Shown here: positions 37,654-50,030 of the stretch, one piece after another
Position numbering within the stretch: position 1 is the first letter of the stretch
Layout: the number at the start of each line of letters is the position of its first letter
Assembly: GCF_006345805.1 (NCBI RefSeq)
Contig: NC_042997.1
Coordinates: 165,416,001 to 165,480,000, forward strand
Direction of reading: 5' to 3'
DNA length: 64,000 bases
Origin: Octopus sinensis
Lineage: Eukaryota
Notes under the pieces: generated by a model
What the model was told of the DNA's origin: nothing
Seen by the model: the letters and a program-made list of their open reading frames with translations, nothing else
Databases searched by the model: none
Translations under genes and position numbers: made by a program

Positions 37654-38610
37654 TATCAGGACAACTCTTTACTTCTGGACATCTGTCATTGGATAATTGC
37701 AGTTTGACAATTACCCACTAGATGATTACCGTCATAAAACACCGTTCTCCCAGTAACCACCTCCTGACAGTTATTAATTATGCAAGTATTAATTATTGTA
37801 ATTATCAATTATTTATTGTTTTGTGAGTTTTGTAAAAATGATGTATCTCCATTCGAAGTATATCGTTTATTGAAGATCTGTTTATACATTTCTCGATACT
37901 TCTATTGTTACGTTCTAAATGTAAAATAGATTACCTTAATTACTAATTAGCAATTCTTAATTATTGTGATTATTAATTATTGTATTTGTGTTTAATTCAC
38001 AATTTTCAGTTTCAGTTGTATAATTGCAGTGATACAAGAATATAAGTCTTACTGATATAGTATAATTACAGTGATATAAGAATATAAATCTTACTAATTA
38101 GAATATAAATCTTACTATTAGTATTTACTTGTGAAGGCACATGGCTCAGTGGTTAGAGCGTCGAGCTTACGATCGTGAGGTTGTGAGTTCGATTCTCGAA
38201 CTGGGCTGCGTTTTGTGTTCTTGAGCAAAACACTTTATTTCACGTTGCTCCAGTTCACTCAGCTGTAGAAATGAGTTGCGACGTCACTGGTGCCAAGCTG
38301 TATCGGCCTTTAACATCAGTGGCGTAGAGAGAGGAGGTTGGTATGCATGGGCAACTGCTGGTCTTCCATAAAAAACCTTGCCCGGACTTGTGCCTCGGAG
38401 GGTAACTTTCTAGGTGCAATCCCATGGTCATTCATGACCGAAGGGGGTCTCCTCCTCCTCCAGTATTTATTTGTGCCCCCTATCGTTGAGCTTTTTCTTA
38501 ATTTTCTCTTGATTAGAGAAATTATTCAGAGAACAGTTGTTCTTTGAGGGCTTTATCTAGGGTGTAATTGCCAGGGGGCAAATTATCCAGGGAACAGTCG
38601 TCCTAGAATC
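37654..38610. mobile_element. Possible old non-autonomous DNA transposon (Mutator-like subterminal GGACAATT-type repeats), with a SINE inside
   Basis: Left GGACAACT..GGATAATTGC..GACAATTACCC and right GGGTGTAATTGCC..AATTATCC..AGTCGTCC are loosely inverted. Confidence 0.4.
38136..38450 (+). mobile_element. tRNA-derived SINE, second family, full length
   Basis: GGCACATGGCTCAGTGGTTAGAGCG..GAGTTCGATTC head and GTGTTCTTGAGCAAAACACTTTATTTCACGTTGCTCCAG body; relatives at 43595-43900(-), 47165-47505(-), 48135-48470(-). Confidence 0.85.
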
Positions 38611-38711
38611 AAATATATGATACAATTTATAAATTCTTGCAATTCAATAAAATTGATACATATGAAATAGGAACAAGCTTTGATTTTAAAATATTCAATT
38701 ATTACTTACAG

Positions 38712-38792
38712 GTCTGGACATGTACTTATATTTAGTCAAAGTGTTGGAAGACAATTATCCTGATATGATGAAAAGACTCTTTGTCATCAACG
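38712..38792 (+). CDS. RALBP: RALBP exon 4: (G)[26 protein letters not shown](A)
   Basis: CAG acceptor, GTAAGG donor, 81 nt, phase 1/1; SEC14 motif DNYP..K..FVINAP. Confidence 0.95.
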
Positions 38793-40442
38793 GTAAGGAA
38801 TTCCGAATCTGATAACTTTGTTCTATGCCCGTCTAAACCACTTTCGTACTCTGAATTTTCCTTTCTTGTCATTTCTACCGATTGAAGCATTATCTGAAAA
38901 CATCTCGGTGGGGACGTTCTGTTTTTGGATGGTAAATTTGATTTATCGTCCGGTTAATATCACCACTTGGCTTTGAGTATCTTTAGCAGGGTCAACTGTT
39001 GGAACTCTTCGAGTCAGTTCTTTGATCTGATGATAACTTCCTCCAGCACCTCCTTATTATGGAGGTCCTGAAAATGGTTCATGGACACAGCCCTTCCTCA
39101 AACTATAACTTAGATAACTTAGGTTTAGGCCATTATTGGTCAAGGCCATATCTAAAAAAATTGGCATTAGCTTTTCTCCAAGGATTATAAATCCCGAGAA
39201 ATTCTCCTCTGTCTGTATGCTTCTTCCATCTCCTCAATCAAAATATTTCAAATTCGACCAAGCATTGTGATATTCTAGTTTGGAGTGTTTTGATAAAGCC
39301 ATAAAGTCAGCCACTTTCTCCTGGACATACGAACTATCTTATGTAAGCATTGATTTCATAACTGATTTAATAATTCCATCAATAGATTCATTCAGTTCGA
39401 TAATAATTTATTGGTAGCCTATTTTGCTTCCTAATTGTGCCTTTATTTACACCAAATTAATTTTGGAAGAAGAGTAACTGATATAAAACGCCGGACAAAA
39501 TGACTTACAGTGTTTCACTCCTACCCTCTTCGTTCGGGTATCACAACCGTTATCCAAAACGAGTTTTCTTTCCATCCACTTAGAGTCTATGTAATAAGTA
39601 CCAGTTTAATATAATGATGTCGAATCAATCATCTATACCAACCGCTATACAATTCTTTCCTAGTTTATGTATGTATGTATGTATGTATGTATGTATGTAT
39701 GTATGTATGTATGTATGTATGTATGTATGTATGTATGCATGTGTACGTGTGTGTATTTATGCATGTCGTGCATTATTACATATATGCATTTATGCATGTA
39801 TTTATATATGTACGTATCTCATTAGTAGAGAGAATAAATGTCTCAGTTATATGAAATGAGATGCATCTAGTGAGGTTCATAGGTGTCTAGTTACCACATA
39901 AATTACTTCTTGGTATTTTAAGTTTTGTAACGTAATATCTTCCTTAGCAGAGTACTCTGCAAGTATTTTTACTACTTCAGTAAGTCAGGATTTTTTTGGT
40001 CGTAAAATTAGGCATTCGATTCATTCCCCTGGTACTTTGCAGTCGCTTTATATTCAACTCCTCGTAGCTGACAGCTATTCATAACAAAACCTAACTAGAT
40101 CCTACCTCTTTCTATACCGGACGAAGAAGTAAATAGTCACAGAAACATCTAGATGTCCCAGAAGTTTGGTAAATAAAGGCGTATTTTCTTGATATGGTAT
40201 ATTTCAGATTCATTATTTGTGTATTTCATATAGACATTGGACATAGCTCCAACCAATTTATAATTAGACGAAGAGCACTGATAATAAACTCTTCGAATAG
40301 ACGTGTTGAGATGTACCTTACGAGATTCATATGTATCTAGCTACTAAACGCACACATACAAACGTGTATGTGCATATATGTGTGTGTATGTTTGTGAAGA
40401 TATATATATATATTTACATATATATAACTGTACTCTTTTCAG

Positions 40443-40526
40443 CCCCAACACTATTTCCCGTTTTATATAAACTCGTGAAACCGCTTCTCAGTGAAGACAT
40501 GAAGAACAAGATTTTTGTATTGGGAA
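40443..40526 (+). CDS. RALBP: RALBP exon 5: (A)[27 protein letters not shown](N)
   Basis: TTTTCAG acceptor, GTAAGT donor, 84 nt, phase 1/1. Confidence 0.95.
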
Positions 40527-41708
40527 GTAAGTAATCTTATTATCATTTCTTGACTGGCTCAATCAACCAACCTACCAATCAATCAATCACTCAGTCAGCT
40601 AATCCAAGTATTTAAAGACCATTTCAGTTGCTTGTAAGCGGTAATTATAGCTTGAAGGTACATAACTAAATGGATAAAGTATTGGACTATGTACTCACGT
40701 ATTCATAGCTCTGTATTCATACCTACTGAAGAGATTTGATCCTGCCATTTGGCATGATACTTAATTCTATATGAATTTTAATTAATGTAGCTACGTGGAA
40801 CATGTACAAGGCTTCGTTTTGATTTTACTGGCAATATCCAGATAACCCTTCATGAATAAAATATATCTTTTGTCTGTTTAAAGCCAGAAAAAGTTGGGGG
40901 TAAAGACGGAACAAATGACCAGCTCTCTGGTCTTTAGTTCTAGATTTTCTTGTTAGACAAATTAGTACAATCACAGATTAAAAGAAAGCGAGTTTCATTA
41001 ACGATTTGAATCTTTGCACATTTGTAAATGAGTAGCCTGAAAAATAATTACGTGAAAATAAATGCCATCAATAATCAAAATAAATAAGTTCACACTTTAA
41101 AATAAAGGTGACTATTTAAGAAATGCATATCTAGTCACATTTACGCTGCTTATATTCTGTCACTAGCGGTTATTATGTAGATTATGTACTGAAACAGATT
41201 ATCTGAAAAAAATGTAATTGAAAAGATGGTTTGTCTACTCAGGCATGTTATTACAATGCGATTGTATCCATACTCGCGTTTATTCAATTTGTATTGAGAT
41301 TAACTTTGTATATGAAGATACAACAAAAGGTATTTGAAAAACTATGAATAGAAAATTTAACGGTTATCTACACAGTTATTTTAAGAACGTTTTATATTAT
41401 CATCAGAACATAGATATAACTATTTGGTTTAAGCTTTATTCCCTGATAGAATGGGTGGAGCTTTGACCAAAATACTTTGCAGCATTTAGATGTGTTCTCA
41501 TTGCGTTTTGAGATCAAATCCCGCAGAAGTCGACTTTGTCTTCCATCCTTATGGGGGTAATAAATTACCAGTTAATATACTAGGCCAGTTTCATCGAATG
41601 TAAAATATGCCTCGTCTTTATATACATAAAAACATAAAAGCAATCAATAATCTAGAGTCATTTAGTTTCTATCGTACTAATGAACATCGGTGACATCTCG
41701 GTTTTCAG

Positions 41709-41815
41709 ATGACTTTAAAGACACACTGCTGGAATATATTGAGGCGGAGAACCTTCCCGCTTATTTGGGCGGTACAAAGACCGGTTCTGATGGAGATCCC
41801 AAATGTGCAGATGTG
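41709..41815 (+). CDS. RALBP: RALBP exon 6: (N)[35 protein letters not shown]
   Basis: TTTTCAG acceptor, GTAAGT donor, 107 nt, phase 1/0; LP..LGG motif. Confidence 0.95.
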
Positions 41816-42407
41816 GTAAGTATAAAGCTAATTCATGCTCTTCCTCAACAATATGTTGATGACATTCCTAAAAGTTATCATTGTATTTCTTTCTACAATC
41901 ATTTGGCAAGTAGATTTTCATTTTCTTCATCTGCAAAAGTATTCCATATCGAACTGATGACAGCATTGATTGCTATCACATTATAGTTTTAACAATATTT
42001 TCACCGTTTTCACAAGGAAAGTCACCTCGCTCATATGAAGTTTAAGACATTTGGAGTGGTCTTAAGAAGGCCCAGAAATGAAATGAGAGACGTGAGATTT
42101 GAAGAATCGGTACTACTTGTGCCACTCACAAAGTTTTTCTAAAAGAACATAAATTTTAGCGTTTCCTTCATAATTTTCATATACCAAAACTAGCATACCC
42201 GTGTCATCAAAAATGCCGACAGTTTTTATTAATGATAGAAAATGGGGCATCAATACAATGGGAAAGCCATTGCTAAATGTAAGCAAACTAGTAAATATAT
42301 GAAGCACTTCACGAATCAGATACGATTGAACTGTCACAGTTGAAAATGTCTACACGATGTATGTGTGTGAATGTGTGTATGTGTGTATACACACACACAC
42401 ATACATA

Positions 42408-42474
<67 letters not shown>

Positions 42475-42565
42475 ACATACATATATATGTATACACTCAC
42501 ATACGCGCACGCACACACATATGCATTTAAGTCACCACGAAGTATATATATATATATATATATAT

Positions 42566-42820
42566 AAGACATAATGCTAGATATAGAAAAATAAGACATT
42601 TGGGGCTAGGAATAAAGCGGGAAAAGGTGAAATTCTTCAAGCAGGCACGTGTATATATATATATATATATACATATCAGAGGCGACTCCAGGTCATCAGT
42701 GTCACTCGGGCTCATCACAGATTTCGCATAAGACACGTGCCTGCTTGAAGAATTTCACGTTTTCCCGCTTTATTCCTAGGCCCCAAATGTCTTATTTTTC
42801 TATATCTAGCATTATGTCTT
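42566..42820. repeat. 87-bp near-perfect inverted repeat with an 80-bp spacer
   Basis: 42566-42652 is the reverse complement of 42733-42820 apart from about 2-3 differences. Confidence 0.92.
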
Positions 42821-43413
42821 TTTCCATTTCTAAGTTAAGGGTAAAAATAAAGCAACTCTGCAAAACACAAGTGATCTTTACACAGAGACGCGCAGAATAA
42901 CAGCACTCAAATTTTGACGGCGGAGTGCACAACAAACATCAGCGATCTGACTGTCGCCTGTACTCTTGACAAAAGATGCCTGTCAGTCTCGTTCGCATTA
43001 GCCCGAGATACTGGATAACTTTTCATTCCTTTAAGAATATTGTAGAACGGAAACTTTTCATAGATTGGAATTTAAATCCTAATCTCTATAGAAATTTAGT
43101 ATTTTAAGAAAACATTGAATATGAATTACTTGCCATTCTTAGGATTATAGATAACAATTCGGGATGTAACTTTTGAGCCCGAATCAGGTGCGTGTGAACG
43201 ATATCAAGAGAACGTCTACTACGAATGATATTTTTTGACACAGGGCACCTCTAAGACGACCGGGAGATGCTGAACAACAATAAATGAACTGCGACGAGGC
43301 TCAATAAAAGAAGCCCGAGTTATTGGCTGAAATTACATACTTGAAGTCAGTGTTGGCAGAAATTAAATCAGCTTGAAAATACACGTTCACTCAGGTTTAC
43401 ATATATACATGCA

Positions 43414-43449
<36 letters not shown>

Positions 43450-43468
43450 TCCCTCTCTCTCTCTCACT

Positions 43469-43539
<71 letters not shown>

Positions 43540-44228
43540 TAGGTAGGTAGGTGTGAGGGTGTGTATAAAACCATTTATCGTCGTTTCGAGGCAGTAACGG
43601 GTAAAGACCCCATTCGGGCATGAATGACCATGGGATTGCACCTAGAAAGTTACCCTCCACGGCACAAATCCGAGAAAGGTTGTTTATGGAAGACCAGCAG
43701 TCGCCAATGCATACCAGCCTTTCTTCTCCACGCAACCGATGTTATCCAAGGGAACGGGAAAGACCGAAGCAGCTTTGCACCATTGACGTCGCGACTGGAA
43801 CAACGTGAAATAAAGTGTCTTGCTCAAGACAACACACAGCCCGGTCCACGAATCGAACTCACTACCTCATGCGCCCAACGCTCAAACCACTGAGCCTTCA
43901 AAGCATTCTAGAATGAATATATCAAAACAAACAAGAGGTATAAATTGTTCCGTGTGTATATATTCGCGTCTTCAATTAGTAATATCTACCTGTAGTGTGA
44001 TTAAATGGTATGATCTACCATTGACAGAGAATACAGAACCACGGATATGCAACAAAAAACCTCGATGCATCTTTTCAATAACCAGTACACTTCGTTCTCG
44101 ATTGTTCAGTCCACTATTAGCAAGTTACTACTCATGCATCATTAGCTGTCTTCATATTTTTCAGACTATTTTTGAATCGATGGTCTAATATGGTTTACTA
44201 TTTGTTTTGCTTTCTTTTATATTTTCAG

Positions 44229-44368
44229 ATTTGCCATGGTGGTGAAGTACCTAAAGAATTCTATTTGGAAAATACCGAAGACTTCGAAACTATGGAGACC
44301 ATTACTGTTGGAAGTGGTGATAAGATTTACATGGAATATGAAATCGAAAAGGAAGACAGTTTCCTTAA
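44229..44368 (+). CDS. RALBP: RALBP exon 7: [15 protein letters not shown]...EKEDSFL(K)
   Basis: TTTTCAG acceptor, GTAAGT donor, 140 nt, phase 0/2; GG.VP linker and start of the GOLD domain. Confidence 0.95.
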
Positions 44369-44504
44369 GTAAGTAGAAGACACACTAAAACATACAAAAC
44401 ACTCACACACACTCATTTCATAAATACATACATACACGCATATGCAAACATGCACACACGCATACGCGCACACGCGCACACACACGCGCACACACACACA
44501 CACA

Positions 44505-44574
<70 letters not shown>

Positions 44575-44608
44575 GAATATATTATCCGAAATGTTCAGTT
44601 TCATATAT

Positions 44609-44714
44609 CCATCATGGCTGATCTTACCAATCGGTTTCGTGCTAGGAATACAATGGAGTGTTAGGTAACAATCCGATTATATAACCTTACGCTCATCAGA
44701 GTTAGCCGATATGG
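44609..44714 (-). ncRNA. Type I hammerhead ribozyme with extended stem II
   Basis: Minus strand GGCTAACT-CTGATGA-GCGTAAGG...CCTAGCAC-GAAA-CC GATT GG-TA-AGATCAGCC: intact core, GUA site, imperfect stems I and II. Confidence 0.65.
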
Positions 44715-44750
44715 AATGGAATATGGTGACTACTCCATATTCCCTTATGC

Positions 44751-44812
<62 letters not shown>

Positions 44813-44959
44813 GTATATATGTATGTGTGTATACTGAGATGCTCCTTGATAGGTCAATTGTATGTCATTTTTGTTTTGTGCTATCAGTTCGGTGTAATGG
44901 TAAGGAAAGCTATACATTTACGGTAGATGAAACGTTTTAATCTCACAATGTTACAGTTT

Positions 44960-45005
<46 letters not shown>

Positions 45006-45019
45006 TACTACTATTATTA

Positions 45020-45071
<52 letters not shown>

Positions 45072-46760
45072 AGCGGCGAGGTAGCAGAATCGTTAGCACG
45101 CCGGGCGAAATGCATAGTGGTATTTCGTCTGCCGTTACGTTCTGAGTTCAAATTCCGCCGAGGTCGGCTTTGCCTTTCATCCTTTTGGTCTTACGATCGT
45201 CGTAGCATAACCACCATTGCACTTACCAAAGTAGTGCTGAGAAAATTACGAAGTAAATGTACAGGATTTTAAAGTGGCTGGTGTAGAAAATTAGAATTGC
45301 TTAAATAATAAACAATTCGACGATACCCTCAGCATGAAAAACAATTAAGTTAGTGCTAATATATCTTACGTAGACGTCTTAAAACTTTAAAGATAAATAA
45401 TTATGGAAAAAATAATTAGGAAAAAATAATATTCAATGGTTAATTTTTTTTTTTTTTTCAATATAGTCAACATTCATTGGTTATTCTGCAAACACTGTTA
45501 AGTTCCTACTCCAACCGATATCCAATATTCTTGATAGTCTTTCATCATTACTTTGGTAGGTACAGTGAAGTATATGCTTTACTGTACGATCTTAATAAGA
45601 CCGAAATATGCCCAAATTTGTCTCCGGTACATACCGAAAGTTTAAAATTATGTTAGTTAATGGTTAATATTGCTTATTTCCATTACCTTTTTAATTTTCA
45701 CTGTACTAAATATCTAACACTAACCTGGCTATTGCTTTTCATTAGGATGGCACCTCTGAGCAAATGTATCTATAGTCGACTAGATAAAACACCTGACTTT
45801 TATTCTATGGATCATGAGATAGCAACCCGCTGAAACTGTTACATTAAGTGCTTTGAATAAATCACTTGACTTGAATAGCCTTACTTCAATGTTTGTTTTG
45901 TATTTTACCCTGATTTTTGAATCAGTTACTGCTTCACTGCCTGTGCATTAGAATTAAACAATTTAGTCATTGCATAGAGCGCTTATAACAATAGCTCTAT
46001 CTTCTCCTAACTCAGTAACTATATCATGTTATTTCTATATTTCCAGTGTTGGTTTCAGTCATTATTATTTTGTTCTTATGTTCATGATAGCTAAAGCCGA
46101 ACCTTTTGTTGCTAGAATAAAACACGAATTTTCGTGAACGAATAGGAGATCTACTCAGTGGTCATTCGAATTAGTAGAAACAGCTGCAAAATCTCTTTCA
46201 AATCACACTTTTATGTCTTCAGAAAAGAATTTCATGATGAATAATGTAATCCGGAGTACATTATATATCAAACAGCTGAAATAGTAGTTATGATTGGAAA
46301 GCCTTTGGCCATCACGGCCAACTTGAAATTAATCAGTTTCAGCGATGTTGCACCTCGGATATGAAAAAGTGGTCATGTTGGTTTCATTGCAATATTTATG
46401 CAAAGCGAAGTCTACGTGAGTCGTCAATAGGAGTTTCTCACTCCCGTTCTACAATCATCAACCTAATCATCAACACCATCATGTTTGTATGTGTGTGCGT
46501 GTATCTAAGTAAACACACACAGAGACTCCATTAAGTAGATCGTAGGAACTTGTGTTGTTCCTCACACGTACAACATTAAGTGTCTTTACTATATAATGAA
46601 CAGAATGTTACGGCATAAGTCATGATTTGCTCGAAACTGATGTCAAGGTAAATACTGCTGCGTATCTCCTTTTAATTTTTGTATGCTTTATTCTGTACTC
46701 AGTATTTTGTATTGCATACAGATACATTCATTAAGCCTACATGTGTTTACCTGCCTTTGT

Positions 46761-46784
46761 ACACACACACACACACCACACACA

Positions 46785-46833
<49 letters not shown>

Positions 46834-48714
46834 CCAATATTGCCAACAGGACCAGATGCTGCAACAGCTTGAGTGTCAAGGGCCCATAGATCTTCAATAT
46901 CATCCCAAAAGGTCTGAGAGACCTCCATGGGGTGGATGTTGTTGTCATCACAAAACTGGATCTCCTCCAGTCAAGAGTTCCGGATGAACTTACCTCGCAA
47001 CAGGAAACGCAGACGAGGGCAGCAACATGAAACTCCCTCATTCACCAAATGTCACGTATCAGGGGAGGTTTCAAGTTGTGAAGGTGTAGCAAAGCTAACT
47101 GCGGTAACTCAGAATGGTCGCTGCTCTCAAGCTGAAACTAGTAAATATTTATATATACATATAAAGGGTAATGGGTAAAGTCTCACTTAGGTCATGAATG
47201 ACCGAGGGATTACACCTAGAAAATTACGCTCCGAAGGACAAATCCAGGCAAGGTTGTTTATGGGGGACCAGCAGTTGCCCATGCATACCAGTCTCCTCTC
47301 TCCATGCCACCGATGTTATCCAAAGGAAAGGTAAAGGCCGATACAACTTGGCACTAGCAACGTCGCAACTCTCTTTTACAACCGAGTGAACTGAAGCAGC
47401 GTGAAATAAAGTGTCTTGCTCAAGAATACAACACGCAGCCCGGTCCGGAAATCGAACTCACTACCTCATGATTGTGAGCCCGACGCTCTAACGACCGACC
47501 CATGCTTTTATTTATATATATTCTCTCTTACTTTTTATGTGTTTCTGTCATTTGACTGCGGCCATGCTGGAGCACTGCCTTTAGTCTAACAGAACTTATT
47601 CTTTGTAAGCTTAGTACTTATTCTATCGGTCTCTTTTGCCGCACCGCTAGATTACGGGGACGTAAACACACCAGCATCGGTTGTCAAGTGATTGGGAGGA
47701 GACAAACACAGACGCAAACAAACACACACACACACACACACACACACAACACACACACACACACCACACACACACACACACACACATACATATATATATA
47801 TACCAATATTGCCAACAGGACCAGATGCTGCAACAGCTTGAGTGTCAAGGGCCCATAGATCTTCAATATCATCCCAAAAGGTCTGAGAGACCTCCATGGG
47901 GTGGATGTTGTTGTCATCACAAAACTGGATCTCCTCCAGTCAAGAGTTCCGGATGAACTTACCTCGCAACAGAAACGCAGACGAGGGCAGCAACATGAAA
48001 CTCCCTCATTCACCAAATGTCACGTATCAGGGGAGGTTTCAAGTTGTGAAGGTGTAGCAAAGCTAACTGCGGTAACTCAGAATGGTCGCTGCTCTCAAGC
48101 TGAAACTAGTAAATATTTATATATACATATAAAGGGTAATGGGTAAAGTCTCACTTAGGTCATGAATGACCGAGGGATTACACCTAGAAAATTACGCTCC
48201 GAAGGACAAATCCAGGCAAGGTTGTTTATGGGGGACCAGCAGTTGCCCATGCATACCAGTCTCCTCTCTCCATGCCACCGATGTTATCCAAAGAAAGGTA
48301 AAGGCCGATACAACTTGGCACTAGCAACGTCGCAACTCTCTTTTACAACCGAGTGAACTGAAGCAGCGTGAAATAAAGTGTCTTGCTCAAGAATACAACA
48401 CGCAGCCCGGTCCGGAAATCGAACTCACTACCTCATGATTGTGAGCCCGACGCTCTAACGACCGACCCATGCTTTTATTTATATATATTCTCTCTTACTT
48501 TTTATGTGTTTCTGTCATTTGACTGCGGCCATGCTGGAGCACTGCCTTTAGTCTAACAGAACTTATTCTTTGTAAGCTTAGTACTTATTCTATCGGTCTC
48601 TTTTGCCGCACCGCTAGATTACGGGGACGTAAACACACCAGCATCGGTTGTCAAGTGATTGGGAGGAGACAAACACAGACGCAAACAAACACACACACAC
48701 ACACACACACACAC

Positions 48715-48745
<31 letters not shown>
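46761..48745. repeat. Tandem duplication, period 969 bp, breakpoints in (CA)n tracts
   Basis: TACCAATATTGCCAACAGG occurs at 46832 and 47801. Outside the CA tracts the differences I saw are single-base indels. Confidence 0.95.
46832..47145 (+). mobile_element. CR1-group (Crack/Daphne-like) LINE 3' end; duplicated at 47801-48113
   Basis: NSLSVKGP*IFNIIPKGLRDLHG...KLDLLQSRVPDE...RAAT*NSLIHQ resembles an ORF2 C-terminus. Confidence 0.6.
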
Positions 48746-48762
<17 letters not shown>

Positions 48763-48932
48763 CAAGGGTTTCTTTCAGTTTCCGTCTACCAAATCCATTC
48801 ACAAGTCTTTGGTCGGCCCGAGGGTAAAGTAGAAGTCACTAGCCCAAGGTGCCACGCAGTGGGACTGAACCCGGAACTATGTGGTTAGTAGGCAAACAAC
48901 TTACCACACAGCCAATATATACATCATGCAAA

Positions 48933-49045
48933 TAAGTAACAAAGATGTCCAGGTGTCATCGCATTACGGCTGTTTCAAGCGGCTCCATTTAATCGATCAA
49001 TGAAACGGTCGTAATGCACTGATACCTGGACATCTTTCTTACTTA
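48933..49045. repeat. 45-bp-arm hairpin with a 23-nt loop
   Basis: 48933-48977 vs 49001-49045: 39/45 Watson-Crick complementary, plus G-U pairs on the + strand. Confidence 0.85.
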
Positions 49046-49204
49046 CAAAACGCTTTTTGATGAACTTACTAAACAAATAGAATACGTACACACCTGATAT
49101 CAAAACTTAATTTTAAGTTGCTTTTCAATGTTGTCCTTAACAGGTAAACTCTGTCACTCTCTCTCTCTTCTTCTCCCTATATATATATATATATATGTTA
49201 TTTT

Positions 49205-49428
49205 TTTTTTGCCCACAAGGGGCTAAAGATAGAGGGGACAAACAAGGACAGACATCGGGTTAAGTCGATTATATCAACCCCAGTACGCAACTGGTACTTA
49301 ATTGATCGACCCCGAAAGGATAAAAGGCAAAGTCGACCTCGGCGGAATTTGAACTCAGAACGTAGCGGCAGACGAAATACTGCTAAGCATTTCGCCCGGC
49401 GTGCTAACGTTTCTGCCAGCTCGCCGCC
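49205..49428 (-). mobile_element. Full-length Meta-like SINE
   Basis: Same family as 7704-7936; flanked by repeated CCCTATATATAT (possible TSD). Confidence 0.85.
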
Positions 49429-49616
49429 TTCCCTATATATATGTATGTGTGCGTATGTACTTTTGCTTGGTTTGTGTGTGTGTTGTATCGAGGGGAAGAG
49501 GCGGTGAGATACTTATTAGAATAGCGTCTCTCTATCAACGTCATATCAGTGCATGTGATTTAAACTATTGTTTATTTTGTTCGTTTATTTCATTTATTTA
49601 TTTTATCTTTTTTTAG

Positions 49617-49764
49617 ATGGGAATACAAAACTGAGGAACACGATATCGGATTTGGAGTTTTTAGAAAGAATGGTGACGACTGGGAAGAGGTTGTGCCTAT
49701 TCAGAGAACCGACTGTTCCATCATGACTCTTGATGGCAGCTACAAATGCAAAGATCCCGGACAT
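49617..49764 (+). CDS. RALBP: RALBP exon 8: (K)[17 protein letters not shown]...YKCKDPG; 1 nt short at the 3' end
   Basis: TTTTAG acceptor, GTAAGT donor at 49765, GOLD motif W.Y.T...DIGFG. It is 148 nt where 149 are needed to stay in frame. Confidence 0.93.
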
Positions 49765-49906
49765 GTAAGTAGTATTGTTGGCGGTAATGGTGGCAATGGT
49801 GGTGATGGTGATTGTCGTCTTTTGTTGGTTGCTGTGATGGTGGTGATGGCAGTTGTTGGTGGCGGTGGTGGTTGTAATGGCGGTTACGATTGTTGTTGTT
49901 GATGGC

Positions 49907-50030
49907 GGCGGTGGTGATACTAGCTGTGTGTTGTTGTTAATAGTGGTGGCGGTGGTGATACTAGCTGTGTGTTGTTGTTAATAGTGGTGGCGGTGGTGAT
50001 ACTAGCTGTGTGTTGTTGTTAATAGTGGTG
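49907..50030. repeat. 41-bp minisatellite x3
   Basis: GGCGGTGGTGATACTAGCTGTGTGTTGTTGTTAATAGTGGT; GATAC recurs at 49916, 49957, 49998. Confidence 0.95.

Noticed and set aside
38136-38210. tRNA-like sequences with A and B boxes
   Set aside because: They are SINE heads continuing into SINE bodies, with no complete cloverleaf.
38850-39480. Possible minus-strand RTE-like LINE relic
   Set aside because: Only vague peptide similarity, which I cannot support without a search.
46585-46652. ...GCTC-GAAA-C TGAT G-TC-AAGGTAAA resembling a hammerhead 3' half
   Set aside because: The upstream core reads ATAATGA with G5 lost; too degenerate to call.
47040-47105. Minus-strand LHLHNLKPPLIRDI resembling a kinase catalytic loop, with a nearby GTAAGT
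   Set aside because: Followed by a stop and better explained as the antisense of a LINE 3' end.
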